From contig MU053557.1 in the NCBI GenBank assembly GCA_013239625.1, positions 1,495,063-1,559,062 of the forward strand: 64,000 nucleotides of DNA, read 5' to 3'. The notes beneath the pieces are model-generated. The model was not told where the DNA came from and searched no databases. It worked only from the letters and a program-made list of their open reading frames with translations. The position numbers and the translations under genes are program-made. Below, piece by piece: positions 49,076-61,522 of this stretch. Position 1 is the first letter of the stretch. The number at the start of each line of letters is the position of its first letter. This DNA comes from Lama guanicoe. Taxonomy: Eukaryota.

Positions 49076-50619
49076 GTATATATACATATAACCTCCAAAC
49101 ACTTAGTAAATATCATGCAGAGTTCCTGTCAAGTCTCAACTGGGCTTCCAGGACACAAGGGAAGGATTATTTTTTCATGTTAAAGCATTAGAGGCGTATC
49201 CACATTTCCAAAAGGCCAGCATGGTGATGACTCCCTTATTAAGGATGATAGCGCAAAGGAATGAAGATTTCAGGAACTGAAGCATAACTGTCCTTTCCAG
49301 CCACCATCGTCCACACACAGAATTGCCTTTCTTTGCTAAAATTTTCAGGATCTGAGCTTTATTTTGCCAATGAAGGCAGCAATTCCCTGCAATTTATGTT
49401 TAAATCAAAGGGGGGGATACGTAAAGAATGGTAAGATGACTCATCATCTACCCTTGCAAATATTCTACAGCAACGTCTTGAAAAAGTAGGGTTTCTGAGA
49501 ACAGGGTTAATGGCGTGCCTTCATATGCCATGAATTCTATCTCAGTGCTCAGGGATTCCTTGGCATTAGACTAAAAGGGCTGGAGTTTCCCTGATGATGT
49601 CAGCTGAAGCAAGTGGTATCCACCAGCGCTCTTTCTGAATCCTTTCTCCAGCCATGCAGGATTGTCTCACGTTGGAAATCAGCCCCACCAATGATTAAAG
49701 GTGTTTATTCATAAAATTACTTTGGTTTCTCAAAGCTGAACTCCACTCTGGATGATAAGCATGCCACCAGAGTCCAGGCATCAGCATATAAAGCATCTCA
49801 ACTTCCAACGGGGTGATTCTTTATGTTCATTTCCCCTGCAAATGTGTGTGAAATATGTACCACTGCCTTTTTGTCAATACCATTTTCATCACTGCTGAAA
49901 GCCAATTTAATAAGCTCAGTTCATCAGCCCTATCCCTTTGGCTGCTTCCTTTCCCAAAGGGAAATATAATCCATTTTTAACCATTCAGATATTTAAAATA
50001 TTCTTTTATGTGCAGTCGCAGTTCATTGTGAATAAAATACATTTTATTCTCCTGTTCCATTTACTCTGGTTACATGCTGGATTGGATTTAAGTTGCAATG
50101 TCTCCTCGTATTTTTAGGAAGGAAGTAGTTTTCCTAAGGGCTCCTTATGCTACCTGCACTTGGCACAGCCTGCCTGCAGTTGCCACCTATCAAAACCCAT
50201 CAGGACTCAACAGTTCTGTCTACATGAACAAGAGAAGCCAAGTGCTGACCAGTGACTTTGGGAACCAGGTTACCATAAAGAGAGTAATTCATACCCAGAG
50301 AATTCACACAAAACATACACCTTTCCCCATGCTTGTCACAATATTTCTCTACTTGATTTTGCCTGTTTTGCTAGTGAGTGGTGCTGAAAGAGCAAGGCTG
50401 GAGAAAATCTGCCTTGCTCTTTGGCCATTGTGAATAGAAAACAAAAAGATATTATCATTTAGAATAACTGTAGCATAATCTGGAAAGAGAAAAATGAGAA
50501 AAACAAACATACTGACTTTTTGTTTCTCACTGCCTCTGCAGCTTTGAGGGTAGACTTATGTCTATAATACAATTAGACATTTGACTTGGCTCAAAATGTT
50601 AACTCAGCTAAAATGACCA

Positions 50620-50852
50620 GTGTCATGGTTACCGAACACCGCCTACAAGCCCTACTTTTATGCATTGTCTCCAGTTAATTCTCACTTTACCCCCAACAGT
50701 CAGTATTATTAGTCCAATTTTAGAGATGCAAAAATTGAGGCTCAGAGAGGTTAAATAAATTGTTGAAGTTCTCACCACCATTTAGTTTAAGCATTAATTA
50801 AAAGCAGGTACCCCTGGTTTCAAGCCCGAGGTTCCACACTATTATTGCCTCC
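50620..50852 (-). mobile_element. MIR SINE
   Basis: TATTATTAGTCCAATTTTAGAGATGCAAAAATTGAGGCTCAGAGAGGTTAAATAA. Confidence 0.9.
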
Positions 50853-51817
50853 TTTTAATTAGTCAGTGTAGCAGAGTAGCTGTATTAGTATTTGACACTG
50901 AGTGGAGAGAGACCTTCTAGTGATCAGAACATGTAATAAAACCATTCAATCTCTCTTGCATATAAAGACTTCCTTTTTAAATTTACTAAGGGGAAAAATA
51001 AGTTACATATTAATGAGAATCCAGAGTTAAGCAACCTGAATTCCATTTACAGAGACAATCATTAGATAGTACTTTTCTTTGAAATGTCTTCCTGGGTAGC
51101 TGATCATGGCTTTAGAACGCAAGTGAAACTGCCCTGTCCACCTTCTGAAAGACACTGGACACGTGACCCAATAAATTTTAGCACACAGCCTATGCTATGT
51201 AACAGGACATTTTGCTTCTCCACTGACAGATCCCCAGCTTCTCATTCACTTACCCCAAGGACCCTATTTTGTTGGATTGGACATGAGACGGAAGGGAAAG
51301 CACTGAGGTTTGGATATTGATTTAAACTCATCCAGTCATAGCAATTGCCCCCTCGGTAAAACTAAGCTTTTCAAAGCTGTAATTTGCCAAGATTTTGTTT
51401 CACGGGGGGAAAACAAAACTATCTCTGTGCTGCGAAGAACTCTTCATGGTATGAGATCATTTGTATTCCCCTCCCTTCCTCATGCAAATAAATTCATTCA
51501 TCAAAATGTAATCTCGAAGGCATGGCCCTGTGTAATAGAGACGTAATAGGCAGGCAGGCCGATTTAATCCTGTGAGTTCACTGCGATGTGGCTTTGGAAT
51601 TCATCATCCTCAACAGGAGATGTATGTACCGGGAGTCTGATTTATTTTGATTCATTTTTGTTTGTGTACAGAACATGTGATAGTTTGAGATCTACTGAAG
51701 AGAGATATTTATTCTAATTTATCTGTATGTTTCTTTCTACTCGGAATAAATAATTCCTGGCTTTTCTTTGTGAATCTGTGAAATGGTTTGAAAGTGGCCA
51801 AAAATATTCATAGGATT

Positions 51818-51965
51818 GGGGGAGGGTATAGCTCAAGGGTAGAGTGCAGGGTTAGCATACACAAGATCCTGGGTTCAATCCCCATCACCTCCATTAAAAA
51901 TAAATTAAATAAACAAACAAACAAACAAACTAGTGACCTCCTCTGTGCCCCCCTCCTCAAAACAA
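51818..51965 (+). mobile_element. tRNA-derived SINE, camelid (vic-1-like) type
   Basis: GGGGGAGGGTATAGCTCAAGGGTAGAG head; A box 51829-51839; B box GGTTCAATCC 51872-51881; A-rich linker and C-rich tail; homologous to 56748-56913. Confidence 0.9.
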
Positions 51966-53004
51966 TTACCCTGAAATAATGTTAACAATAGTACATTTCC
52001 TTACCCTTCTGCAGTCCATTTGAAAGCTCTGGACACAAGGATTACATTTCTTTATCTCAAAATAGCTTCCCTGTAACTGGAGACTAGGCTGTCCTTTCCG
52101 TGTACTGAGGACCTCTTTTGGGCTTGGGAGAATGAATAGGCCTCAGCTCTCCACAATGGTTAACCTGTTTCTTTGTCATTTCCTTCTGATCTAATGCATT
52201 CTTTCCTCTTGCACACAAATCCCTCATGGCTCAGCCAAAAATAAGAAGTCCACTCAATACAGTGAATCTGCAGCCCTGAACGTATACTCAGAACCAACAC
52301 ACTGTATATTAGCATATGTCACATCCCGACACTCCCTCTCTGCCTGGTGGAACAAGACCAAGGATGTAAATTAAATTTGAAAACTCAATCATAATTATTT
52401 CAATCCTATTCATTAGAAACTAGTAGTGTGGCTTCAATGGGAAACAAACACAAAATTTAAACTTATGAAGTTGTGCAACTTTATAAATCTATATATTTAT
52501 ATTGAATTGGGAATATATTTAGTCCAATACTAAACTTTTATGCTACTAGCAAAACCAAACCAACCCAAAAGGGTTCATTAATTAGTGCACAGTTAACAAA
52601 CAATGGTAAATGTTAAGAAGCGTATAAACAGGGTGCTGAGATGTCAGTTAAAGGAGTTTCTCCCCAAGAGAAATCTTTTAAATAAGGAAATATTATGAAA
52701 TCAAAATCACCGTTTTCCTCTCTGAGTGAAAGTACACAGGGCTTCTTGCTGTTGCTGTCTTGATTGGCTGAAAGCCCAAAGTATGTTATTTCCCAGGCAT
52801 CATCCGAGAGAGAGGAGGAAAATTTCCCACAGTAAATGCTTTCGAGAGCATTTCTTCCCAACTGAGCACCGAGGCCTCCCTCTCTTCCTGCAGACTACAA
52901 AATAACAGAAAAGAGGAGGTATAAAAGAATCCTGAGACAAACATCTAAGTAATTGGAGAAAAAACTAGAGTAGACTGAGAGGACAGGATTTTATTTTACT
53001 CAAG

Positions 53005-53258
53005 AATAACAGTCGTAATTCTTAGTTGTATTTGGTGCCTTACAGTTTAGAGTGTTTTAATATTCATGCATTATTTTACAAGGGCTTAAAAATATCCCTG
53101 TGGAAAAAGCAAGGTAGGGTTAGACCCATCTTTCTAATAAGAAACTTAAAATTGGAAGAAATTAAGTAGCTTGCCCAAGACCATACCAATTGAAATGAAG
53201 CCAGGACTCAAACATTGGTCTTCCCAAATTTTTCTCTTAGCACACTTTGCTTGCCTCT
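53005..53258 (-). mobile_element. MIR SINE
   Basis: ATTAAGTAGCTTGCCCAAGACCATAC..GAAGCCAGGACTCAAAC. Confidence 0.8.
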
Positions 53259-54278
53259 TGACTGATGAACTTTGGCTGCCTATGTCAATTAGATTTTTCT
53301 GGGGGTTTTTTGTTTGTTTTGTTTTGTTTTCCCTACTCTCTTACATCAAAGAGAAGGGGGAAAAAGTAACAAAACTGAAACTGGGAAATCTTTGTTTGCA
53401 GTTAGAGACGAATCACTAGCGATGGCCATCTGGAATTCTGTATACAATCAGAATTGGCCACTTTCCCCTTCAGCCATGATGGAATGACAAGTCCCACACT
53501 AGCTCTCCCAAAATATATGAAACATGTCTTTACAGGCATTGGCAAAAAAGTAGTTTATGATCCAAAAAGTCAGTATTATTAAGATGTCAACTCTCCCACA
53601 AATTCATCAGCACAATCCCAAACAAAATCCCAGGAGTCTTCTTTGTATAAGACAAGATGATGCTAAAATTCCTATGAAAATGCAAAGAATCTGGAATTTA
53701 CAAGATAACTTTGGAAAAAAGCAGAACAAAGATGGAAGATATTACTATCTTATTTCAAAACTTTAAAGCTATAGTAATAAAATCACATGGAATTAGAATG
53801 AATATAGATACACTGATTGATGGACTAGAGTAAGAAGTCTAGAAACAGACCCATACATAAAGAGTCAATGATTCTTGACAACTGCATCAAGATAAATTAA
53901 TGGAGAAAGGATTATCTTTTTGACAAGTACTGATGACACAGTTGTATATCCATATGAAAAAATATGAACCTCAAACCCCTACCACACCCTACAGAGGAAA
54001 AAATCAAAAATGGTCATACAACTAAACATAAAAACTGTAACATGTAACTTGTAACAAAAGATACTAACCTTGTGGTAGGCAAAGATTTTTTAGAAAGACC
54101 ACAAAAACCCCACTAACTGTAAAAGAAAAATAGAAGCTGATGCACTGGAGTTCATCAAAAATAAAAGTTGTTTTTCAAGAGACAGAAGAAAATGAAAAAG
54201 TAAACCAAGAACTGGGAGGAAACATTTGCAACACATATACTGACAAAGGAGTTGTATTCAGAATATCTAAAGCACTCT

Positions 54279-54323
54279 TGCAATGAGATAATGCAATGAG
54301 ATAACAGAATGAGATAATGCAAT
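54279..54323. repeat. 13-bp tandem repeat, about 3.5 copies
   Basis: TGCAATGAGATAA x2, CAGAATGAGATAA, TGCAAT. Confidence 0.95.
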
Positions 54324-54841
54324 AAATAGCCCAATAAAAATGGTCAAAGAGTTGAATATATTCTTTTCCAGAAAATAAATATATGTACAACCAAAGGCAG
54401 TTAAGATTCTCGGTATCTTTAGGTCATCAGGGAAATGCAAGTTCAAATGACAATGAAATAGCAATATACAGTCACTAAAACAGCTAAAATTAAAAAGACT
54501 AACATGCCAAGTACTGCTGAGAATATGGAGCAAAAAGACCTCTTAAACATTGCTTGTAAGAAAATAAAAGGGTGTAATTACTTTGGAAAGCCTTGTGAGA
54601 GTGCCTTTTAAAGTGAAATGTACACTTATCATTTGACCTAGGAACACCTTCCTAGGTATTTATCCAAGATAAATGAAAACACAAACTTTACATAAATATG
54701 CATAGCAATTTTACTTATAATAGTCAAAAACAGGAAACATCCCTGGTGTCAATCAACAGAGGAAACGATAAACAATTGTGATATATTCCTACAGTGGAAT
54801 AATTATCAGCAATAAAAAGGAATGAAGTACTAAATAGCAAA

Positions 54842-55299
54842 TGAGTTAATTCAGGTTGTCCAAGAAGCAACCAGTAAGATGAAATTTAACATGATGGGAG
54901 ACTTATTGGGGAAAACGCCTACAGAGAAAAGTGGAAGGGGTAAGAGGATGAAGACAGTCGTCATATTGCAATGCAGACCTTGCTCCTGAGAAGGAGAGAA
55001 GAAAAGAAAAAGGACTGGGTAAGAAGCATCTCAGATAGCAGCAGAGTTCTAAGAAGATTTTGGCCAGGCCAACAGGGAATCCTTGAGCCAAAGTTGCTAC
55101 TCATAATGTCCTGCTTTTCCCAGGATAGGGCCTGCCCTGCATCCCTGCCACGTGCAGTCCTTGGCTGGGAGCAGCCTGAGGGAAGTGGGGCCTCAGCCAT
55201 GAAGACTGTGGTGGACTCAGGGCACAGTGGCTGGGGCCCCCATCAGTTATGTTCCCTGCAGCAAGAGTTCTGAGCAGCACATTTTCATGGTCACTGTAA
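54842..55299 (-). mobile_element. LTR16-family ERVL solo LTR inserted in L1
   Basis: TTATTGGGGAAAACGCCT..GTTCTAAGAAG..GGCCAGGCC..TGAGCCAAAGTTGC..TTGGCTGGGAGCAGCC. Confidence 0.8.
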
Positions 55300-55464
55300 T
55301 GCAACAACACGGCTGAATCTCAAAGATACGTGCTCAGTGAAAAAAAAAAGTCAGACACAATGAGTACATAGTGTATGATTCCATTTATGTGATGTGGGTC
55401 ATGTGACCATGTGATGACACTTGACCCAAAGTGTCTTCACCTGTTAATGGACAAATTTCTGACT

Positions 55465-55887
55465 CCAGCTGTTGCTGTCCCTCCCCCTATATGATCTCAG
55501 CTCTGACTACTTCTATGTAGGCCAGACCATTTCCAACTGCCAAGACCTGCATCTCTTTGCCTGACAGTAAACAAGGCCAGAAATTCTGGGAATTTGCACA
55601 CCCCAGGAACAGCGCTCAACCAGGGACTGAGAGTAGTTGGTGTATAAATATCCCAACTCCCTTTCCCCTTAGGCAATATAATTCTGAAGGACATGTTCCT
55701 CATAGTCCCCCTGAGTTCCTTAGCAGGTTTAAACTCTAGTCACTCACAACAGTAACTTCTTTCCTAAGGGAAATGTTACTAGCTTTCTTTTCCTCTCTCT
55801 TTCCTCACTGCCCTGCTAATGATTCCCAAATTAACAACTTGCACTTGATCCGTGATGCAGAGTCAGCTCCTGGGGAACCTAAACAAG
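55465..55887 (+). mobile_element. LTR16C-like ERVL solo LTR
   Basis: TTCCAACTGCCAAGACCTGCATCTCTTTGCCTGA; GTTGGTGTATAAATATCCCA; ACTTGCACT..GGGGAACC. Confidence 0.85.
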
Positions 55888-55994
55888 TTTCCAACAGTCC
55901 AAGTCTAACATTTGGCCTTTTAAAGGCAATGAAAATTTCGTAAGAGATCCAATGTGGTTTTAATAATGTCCATGAACTTATTTTGTGTTATTCT

Positions 55995-57300
55995 TTTGGT
56001 TTTTTAAACTTTATTATTTCTTTGTTTGGTACATCCTTACACATACTCAGTCTTGGAAAAAAGTTAGAGTGTATGTGTAGGCAACTTCCTTCTTTTATAA
56101 TTAAAGAACCACCTGTCACCCCACTATCCAGAGATAGTTACCTTCAGTATTTTCATGTATTTGGTATATTACACCTTTGAGAATTTTTCACTTCACATGT
56201 CACCAGATAAATATAAATGTAAATACATAAGACAGTCCTTTCATGAAGTAAAAGATCATAAATATATTTCTATATCAATAATTATATTTCTGTATTATCA
56301 CACTTAATAGTGGCATATGATTCCATTATATCATTACAATATATCATAACTTTAAGATTCTAATACATTCTAGTGTATTATAATTTTTAAACAAATCCCC
56401 TTTTTGGGGACAGTTAAGCTGCTTGTAATTTTTAATGTTATAAATTAAGCTTTTGTAGATATTCTTGCATATAAATCTTTGCATAAGTCCCCAAATATTT
56501 CTTAAATGTATAATTAACAGATCAAAAGGCAAATAAGATTTTAAGATATTGAATACATAACCCACAACAGTTTACCCATGCACATCCCTACCTGTAACAC
56601 GTGAGAGTGACACCCTGTCAACAATGGGCATTATGATGTTCTCAAAACTACGTCCATTTAATGGCTGTAAATACTACCTCCTTGCTCTCTGACCTATGAT
56701 TTATTTACTAAGATTTAATATGTTTTCATGTTATTGAGCACTTCTTTTTTAAAATTTTTTATTTATTTTTTTAAATTGTATTATTTAATTATTTCATTTT
56801 GGCGGGGGATAGGTAATTAGGTTTACTTATTTTTAGAGGAGGTACTAGAGATTGAACCCAGGACCTCATGCATTCTAAGCATGCACTCTACCACGTGAGC
56901 TGTTACCCTCCCCTCATTGAGCACTCCTTTAGTGAAGTGCCTCTTTGTGTCCTTCTCCCATTTTTTCTTCTTGGGATATTCATCATCTTTTACTGATTTT
57001 TTTGGTGTTCTTTATTCATAATGAGCATTAACCTATGTTGTGTGAGTTCCAAATCTCATTCCTCGTTTAGAGTTTTCTTTTAAATTTTGTATTGGGTTCT
57101 TCCAAGTAAGAATTGATTATTTTACCTGATCAAAACGATCAAGCTTCATTTGCGGTTTCTGCCTATGCTGTTGCTTCAAATTCATATAAATATTCACCAA
57201 TATTTTCTCCTAGCATTGTTTTGTTTTGTTTTTACATTTCAATCTTTAATTATCCAGCAGAAATTCATTTGACTTTGACTATGAAGTAAAGATATGTCAT
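55995..57300 (-). mobile_element. Old L1 (L1ME-like) 3' region hosting a SINE
   Basis: ATTCCATTATAT..AAATCCCCT..GGACAGTTAAGCTGCTT..TTGCATATAAATCTTTG..GTGAAGTGCCT. Confidence 0.75.
56748..56913 (-). mobile_element. tRNA-derived SINE, camelid (vic-1-like) type, with 17-bp TSD
   Basis: GGAGGTACTAGAGATTGAACCCAGGACCTC..CACTCTACCACGTGAGCTGTTACCCTCCCC; TSD TTATTGAGCACTTCTTT (56731-56747) / TCATTGAGCACTCCTTT (56914-56930). Confidence 0.93.
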
Positions 57301-58109
57301 TCTTTTTATTTCAGTAATTATTATTGCATTCTGAAGAGGCCCTGGGGACACATGGTGAATAAGGCACAGCTTCCCTCCTCAAGATCATGGAACTGAGGGA
57401 AGGCATGTTCTTGTCTGTCCATTTCCTAGTTAAGTGACTCTTATAACTACAGACTCATTTTTTGAGACACCTGAGCCCTTGGAATAAGAGAGCCCAAAGT
57501 GACCTACAAGTACAATGAAACCCTTGAAACTCACAAACTTGTCTCATTCCCCTCTGCAGGAATACTGCAGGAAGACTGAATGAGCTGAGAATAAAGTCAG
57601 GACAGCTCCCACACCAAGCCTTTCTTAGCATCATAGTTTATCATATCCAAGTACAAGAAAACACTCTTTATCTGGCATTGCCTTCTTCCAAGCTGATAAC
57701 AGCCTTCTCACTTCAGCATCACTTGTAAGCAGATTACAACCTCTGCAAGTGAAGTGCTTTGAGAAAAAACACATTAATGTAACCTGAAAATAATTGCTGA
57801 GTTCTGGGCTGTTATGAGCTTTTGGCTTGTGAAATAGAAACGCTGCAAGACTGATGAAGCTGCAGAATGACTGCCGCCCATCCACACACACGCGTGCACA
57901 CACACTTACCAGCCATTCCACATACTTCTCACGTGCCTCACACGCACACTGCAAGGGCAGGCATTTTTATCCCAACATGCAGGCATATAAACTGAGGCTC
58001 AGCTACGGAGGAGCAAATGGCAGGCTTCCACATCACTGGGAGTCAGATGGTGCCTCGGCTTGGTGACACAATAAAGGTAAAGACCATTTCTCCAGGAACC
58101 CACACACAG

Positions 58110-58245
58110 TCTCTAGTCTCCTTTCTGCCTCTTACCAGCTCTGTGACCTAGGGCAACCTTCCCCACCTCTGCGAACTCCTGCTTACTTATCTGTGAAGCA
58201 AACGGACTGAACTAGATATTAGAATCCCTTCAGCATTGACACATA
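58110..58245 (+). mobile_element. MIR3-like SINE (with a minus-strand MIR fragment at about 57950-58030)
   Basis: CTTACCAGCTCTGTGACCTAGGGCAA..ATCTGTGAA..TGAACTAGAT..CCCTTCAGC. Confidence 0.75.
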
Positions 58246-59279
58246 ATCATAATCCCTCCGGAGCTGAAGGTAAACACTCAGAACTCTCAAAGATTCAGAA
58301 GAAGTTAAGCTTCCATTTGAATTGCAAACAGTCAGTGAGAGCTTGGTGATCTTAATCTCTTATTTCTTCAGTTGCTCAGATGTGTAAGACTGACAGCATT
58401 TATAGCTTCTTCTGAATATAGTTGGAAGACCGGGGTCACTCCCATTGCCCACTGTGTCAGCAACACCATTTAAGGAAAACGCTACCCCTCCCCTCTTCCT
58501 ATTCTTGGCCTGAGATAACGCACAAAATTGTTTCAGAATGGGAAGGAAATTATTGACTACAGATAGTCTAACAGGCCTGTTCCATTTTAGGGGCTTTAAA
58601 ACTAATAGCAGCTAAGAATAAGATTTAGGGGGACTATAATAGCAAAATGAGCATCGGGAGATGGATCTCTTTTCCTAGCGCCCAGCTATTTCTACACTGT
58701 CAGAGTAAATTATTGACAAAACCATCTGGCCCTGTGCAGGAGAACTCTCTACTTCCTGGTTCTGAGCAGGTGATACGTTTTAGTCTGTCAATGGAGAGAG
58801 AAGCCGATTTGGGTCTCAAAGCATTGATAATTTCCCTAGACCTGCATTTCCGACGTGTGAAGTGTTCTTATCTCTAAACGCCAGAAGAGAAGAACATCAG
58901 TCTTAGGACAGAGAAAGATGAAATGAAAAGCAAATAAATTGATTGAGAGCATATCTGGACCATGGGTCTTCAATGCTGCTTGACATGAATATAGAAATAT
59001 ACCCACATTATCCAGAAAGGATGTGGTCACTCCGTCCCACCCCTCACCTGGTTACAGCATTAAAAGCTTCTGTGTGCGTATGGGCACTGGGGGATTGCTG
59101 GTCTCGTAGGGGAAAAAGAGAAGCCTTTCCTTCTTTCCCTTCCAGGGTAGCAGATCTTCCTAGGGAGACATGGGGTCAGAGCATAAGATGCTACATTTCA
59201 GGAAACTGCTGCTCAGGGGGTCAGTGCTTATTTATTTCTGCTGAACCAGTGCTGCCCAGTAGTGACAAAGCTGGATCTG

Positions 59280-59344
59280 CATTATGCTGTATACTAGAAA
59301 TCAACACATTGTAACTGACTATACTTCAATTTAAAAAAAAAAAA
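59280..59344 (+). mobile_element. 65-bp L1 3' stub with A tail and 13-bp TSD
   Basis: TSD AAAGCTGGATCTG (59267-59279) / AAAGCTGGAGCTG (59345-59357); body matches the other L1 3' termini in the window. Confidence 0.93.
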
Positions 59345-59857
59345 AAAGCTGGAGCTGGCTCCACTGCCCAGCCCGACCTCCAGGCTGCCACTCCAATTTA
59401 GGACACTGAGTTGGAGGAAATAAAAACGGCACCGTCACGTGGTCTCTTCAGTCCTACCTCTTTGAAAGCCTTGTGATGAGGAAATGAGCCTCCAGGGGAA
59501 TGCTCGTCTGCCTGTCCCCCGGTTCACCTATGTCGCGGTCATCACGAGCACAGCATTTACACGGCCTCTCAGAGCCCTTTCCTAAAAACAGCTGTTTGCA
59601 AAAAGTAAGACGGATGCCATCATGTTGGATTTCCTCTTTGAATCTGAACCAAATTTCATCATACCTCAAAGATATTCTGGGTTTGTGATGGTGGTTTATG
59701 GTGGCTATTTCATTATTTATGGAGATCCCTTTTCCTATTTTTAGTTCTTTGTGTTCATTTTTGAAGCTTCACAGCAGTGAGTCAGGTGAGTGAGCTCTCA
59801 TTCCTGCCTCTTCCTAGAAGCTTTCACTTTCTTTTGGGTAAAAAATAAAAAGATTCT

Positions 59858-61522
59858 GGTTTGGGGAGATTTTTAGGGCTGTGAAATTATTCTGTAGGCT
59901 ACTGGATATATAACATGCTTTTGTCAAAACCTGTACAACCTCATAGCACAAAGAGTGAGCCTTAATATGCAAATTAGAAAAAGATCATTTGGGAGGTCAG
60001 GCTCCCCGGAAGGAAAGCAGACTGTGACAAGAATCTAACTGTGTTACAAATGAATGAAGCAACCTCTCTGAAGAGGGTGAGGGGAAAGGTGCTGACTTAA
60101 GTAACTCTGAAAATGAGCAGAGTTTGTAAGGCTAAAGGCAAAAGGAACTGCACGTAAGCACTGTATTCTAGTTGACAAAGTTGCTGTCCCTAAGAGGGTG
60201 GGCAACAATTCTGATCTGCTATGCGTGTATACTGGACTGAATAATTAAATAAACAGGTGGGAAATTATAGGCGCCAGGTTTCTCACTGTTTGGGGGGGCT
60301 GTTTACAGATAAGCAAGGGGAGCTCTAGAAGGATCCACATAGTGATGGTTTAGAGCTAGAGACATCAAAAAGAAATCTTGTGTCTTAATACAGATGCAGA
60401 TAATTACGTAAAGAAATATTTATAGGTCTGGGTGTGTACTAGGTTAGTGTATACTCATGTATTTCTTTGCTCCGTCAGCTGAGAGGGCCTGAAAGAAGTG
60501 ACACACAATACCATGAGTACACCTTGCATCCAGATCCTGATACTCTTCTCCAATTAAATGAACCAGAGTTCCTTGGAAAGTGTCTGATTCCAGGATAGGG
60601 GCAGGAAACGTACAAGATGAATGTGGAGCATGTTGTAGTACCACAAAGTCAGAAAGAGGAAAAAGCACCCGCAGTGTTAGAGGGCTGTCAAAGGCACACA
60701 GGAGCCAAGCCAAAGAGCTCCTGATAGCCAGAGCTGGAACAGTTGAAGCAAGAAAACATTGGATTTTACCTGAAGTATAAAATTCATTTCCAAGTGTCCA
60801 ATTATATAAATAAATGATTGACTAGTTAAATAAGCAATCTCCCATGCTGAAGAATTCCAAGTAACGCCCCACCCTTTAAGAGTGGGCTGCTGTACTTAGG
60901 GACTTCTTCCTAAAGAGTAAAGTGTGGGAAGGTGGCAAAGGGCAGGCAGTAACTCTATAGCAGAGAAACCTTACAAACACCATCTTAGCCAGGTGGTCAA
61001 GGTTAACATCAGCTGTGCCAAGTCAGGCTGATACCATGGACTCCTGATACAATATGATGAAAACAGCACTTTACCTCTGTGTTCTTCCTCCCCAAACCCA
61101 CAATCAGTGTCTAGACATGACAAAAACCTCAAGTTTCAGTATAGGGGCGTCCTACACTTTACCAGATCAACTCAAAATTGTTAAGGTTATCAAAAACAAG
61201 GAAAATTGAGCAATCTTCGCCACCAAAAGTAACCCAAGAAGACAACTAAATGCAGTGTGAATGTAGTGTGATAACCTGGATGGGACCCTGGAGAAGGAAA
61301 AGGACACTGGGTCAAAACCAAGGAAATATGAATAGAATATGTACTTCAATTATTAATGATCATGTACTGATATCGGTTCATTATTAAAAAAAAGTATCAC
61401 ACAAATGCAAAGTGTTAATAATAGAGTAAACTGTGTTGAGGATATATGGGAACTTTCCACACTATGTCTTCAATATTTCTGAAAATCTAAAACTTCTAAA
61501 AAGATAAAATTTATTTTAAAAA
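59858..61522 (+). mobile_element. L1MC3-like long 3' UTR
   Basis: GATTTTTAGGGCTGTGAAA..TTTGTCAAAACC; CAGCTGAGAGGGCC; CTTAGCCAGGTGGTCAAGGTTAACATCA; ATATGGGAACT..AAATCTAAAACT end. Confidence 0.85.

Larger units (their letters stand above)
53555..55393 (+). mobile_element. Old L1 (L1MD/ME-like) ORF2 3' half, split by an LTR
   Basis: TTAAGATGTCAACTCTCCC, AAAGCTATAGTAATAAAA, AGAAACAGACCCA; resumes TGCAACAACACGGCTGAATCTCAAA at about 55300. Confidence 0.9.

Noticed and set aside
51818..51893. tRNA-like sequence ending in CCA
   Set aside because: Followed by a SINE tail, has a diverged paralogue with TSD in the window, and its stems are degenerate; a SINE head, not a tRNA gene
52761..52770. NF-Y CCAAT box (CAGCCAATCA on minus strand)
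   Set aside because: Isolated motif without a CpG island or other core-promoter support
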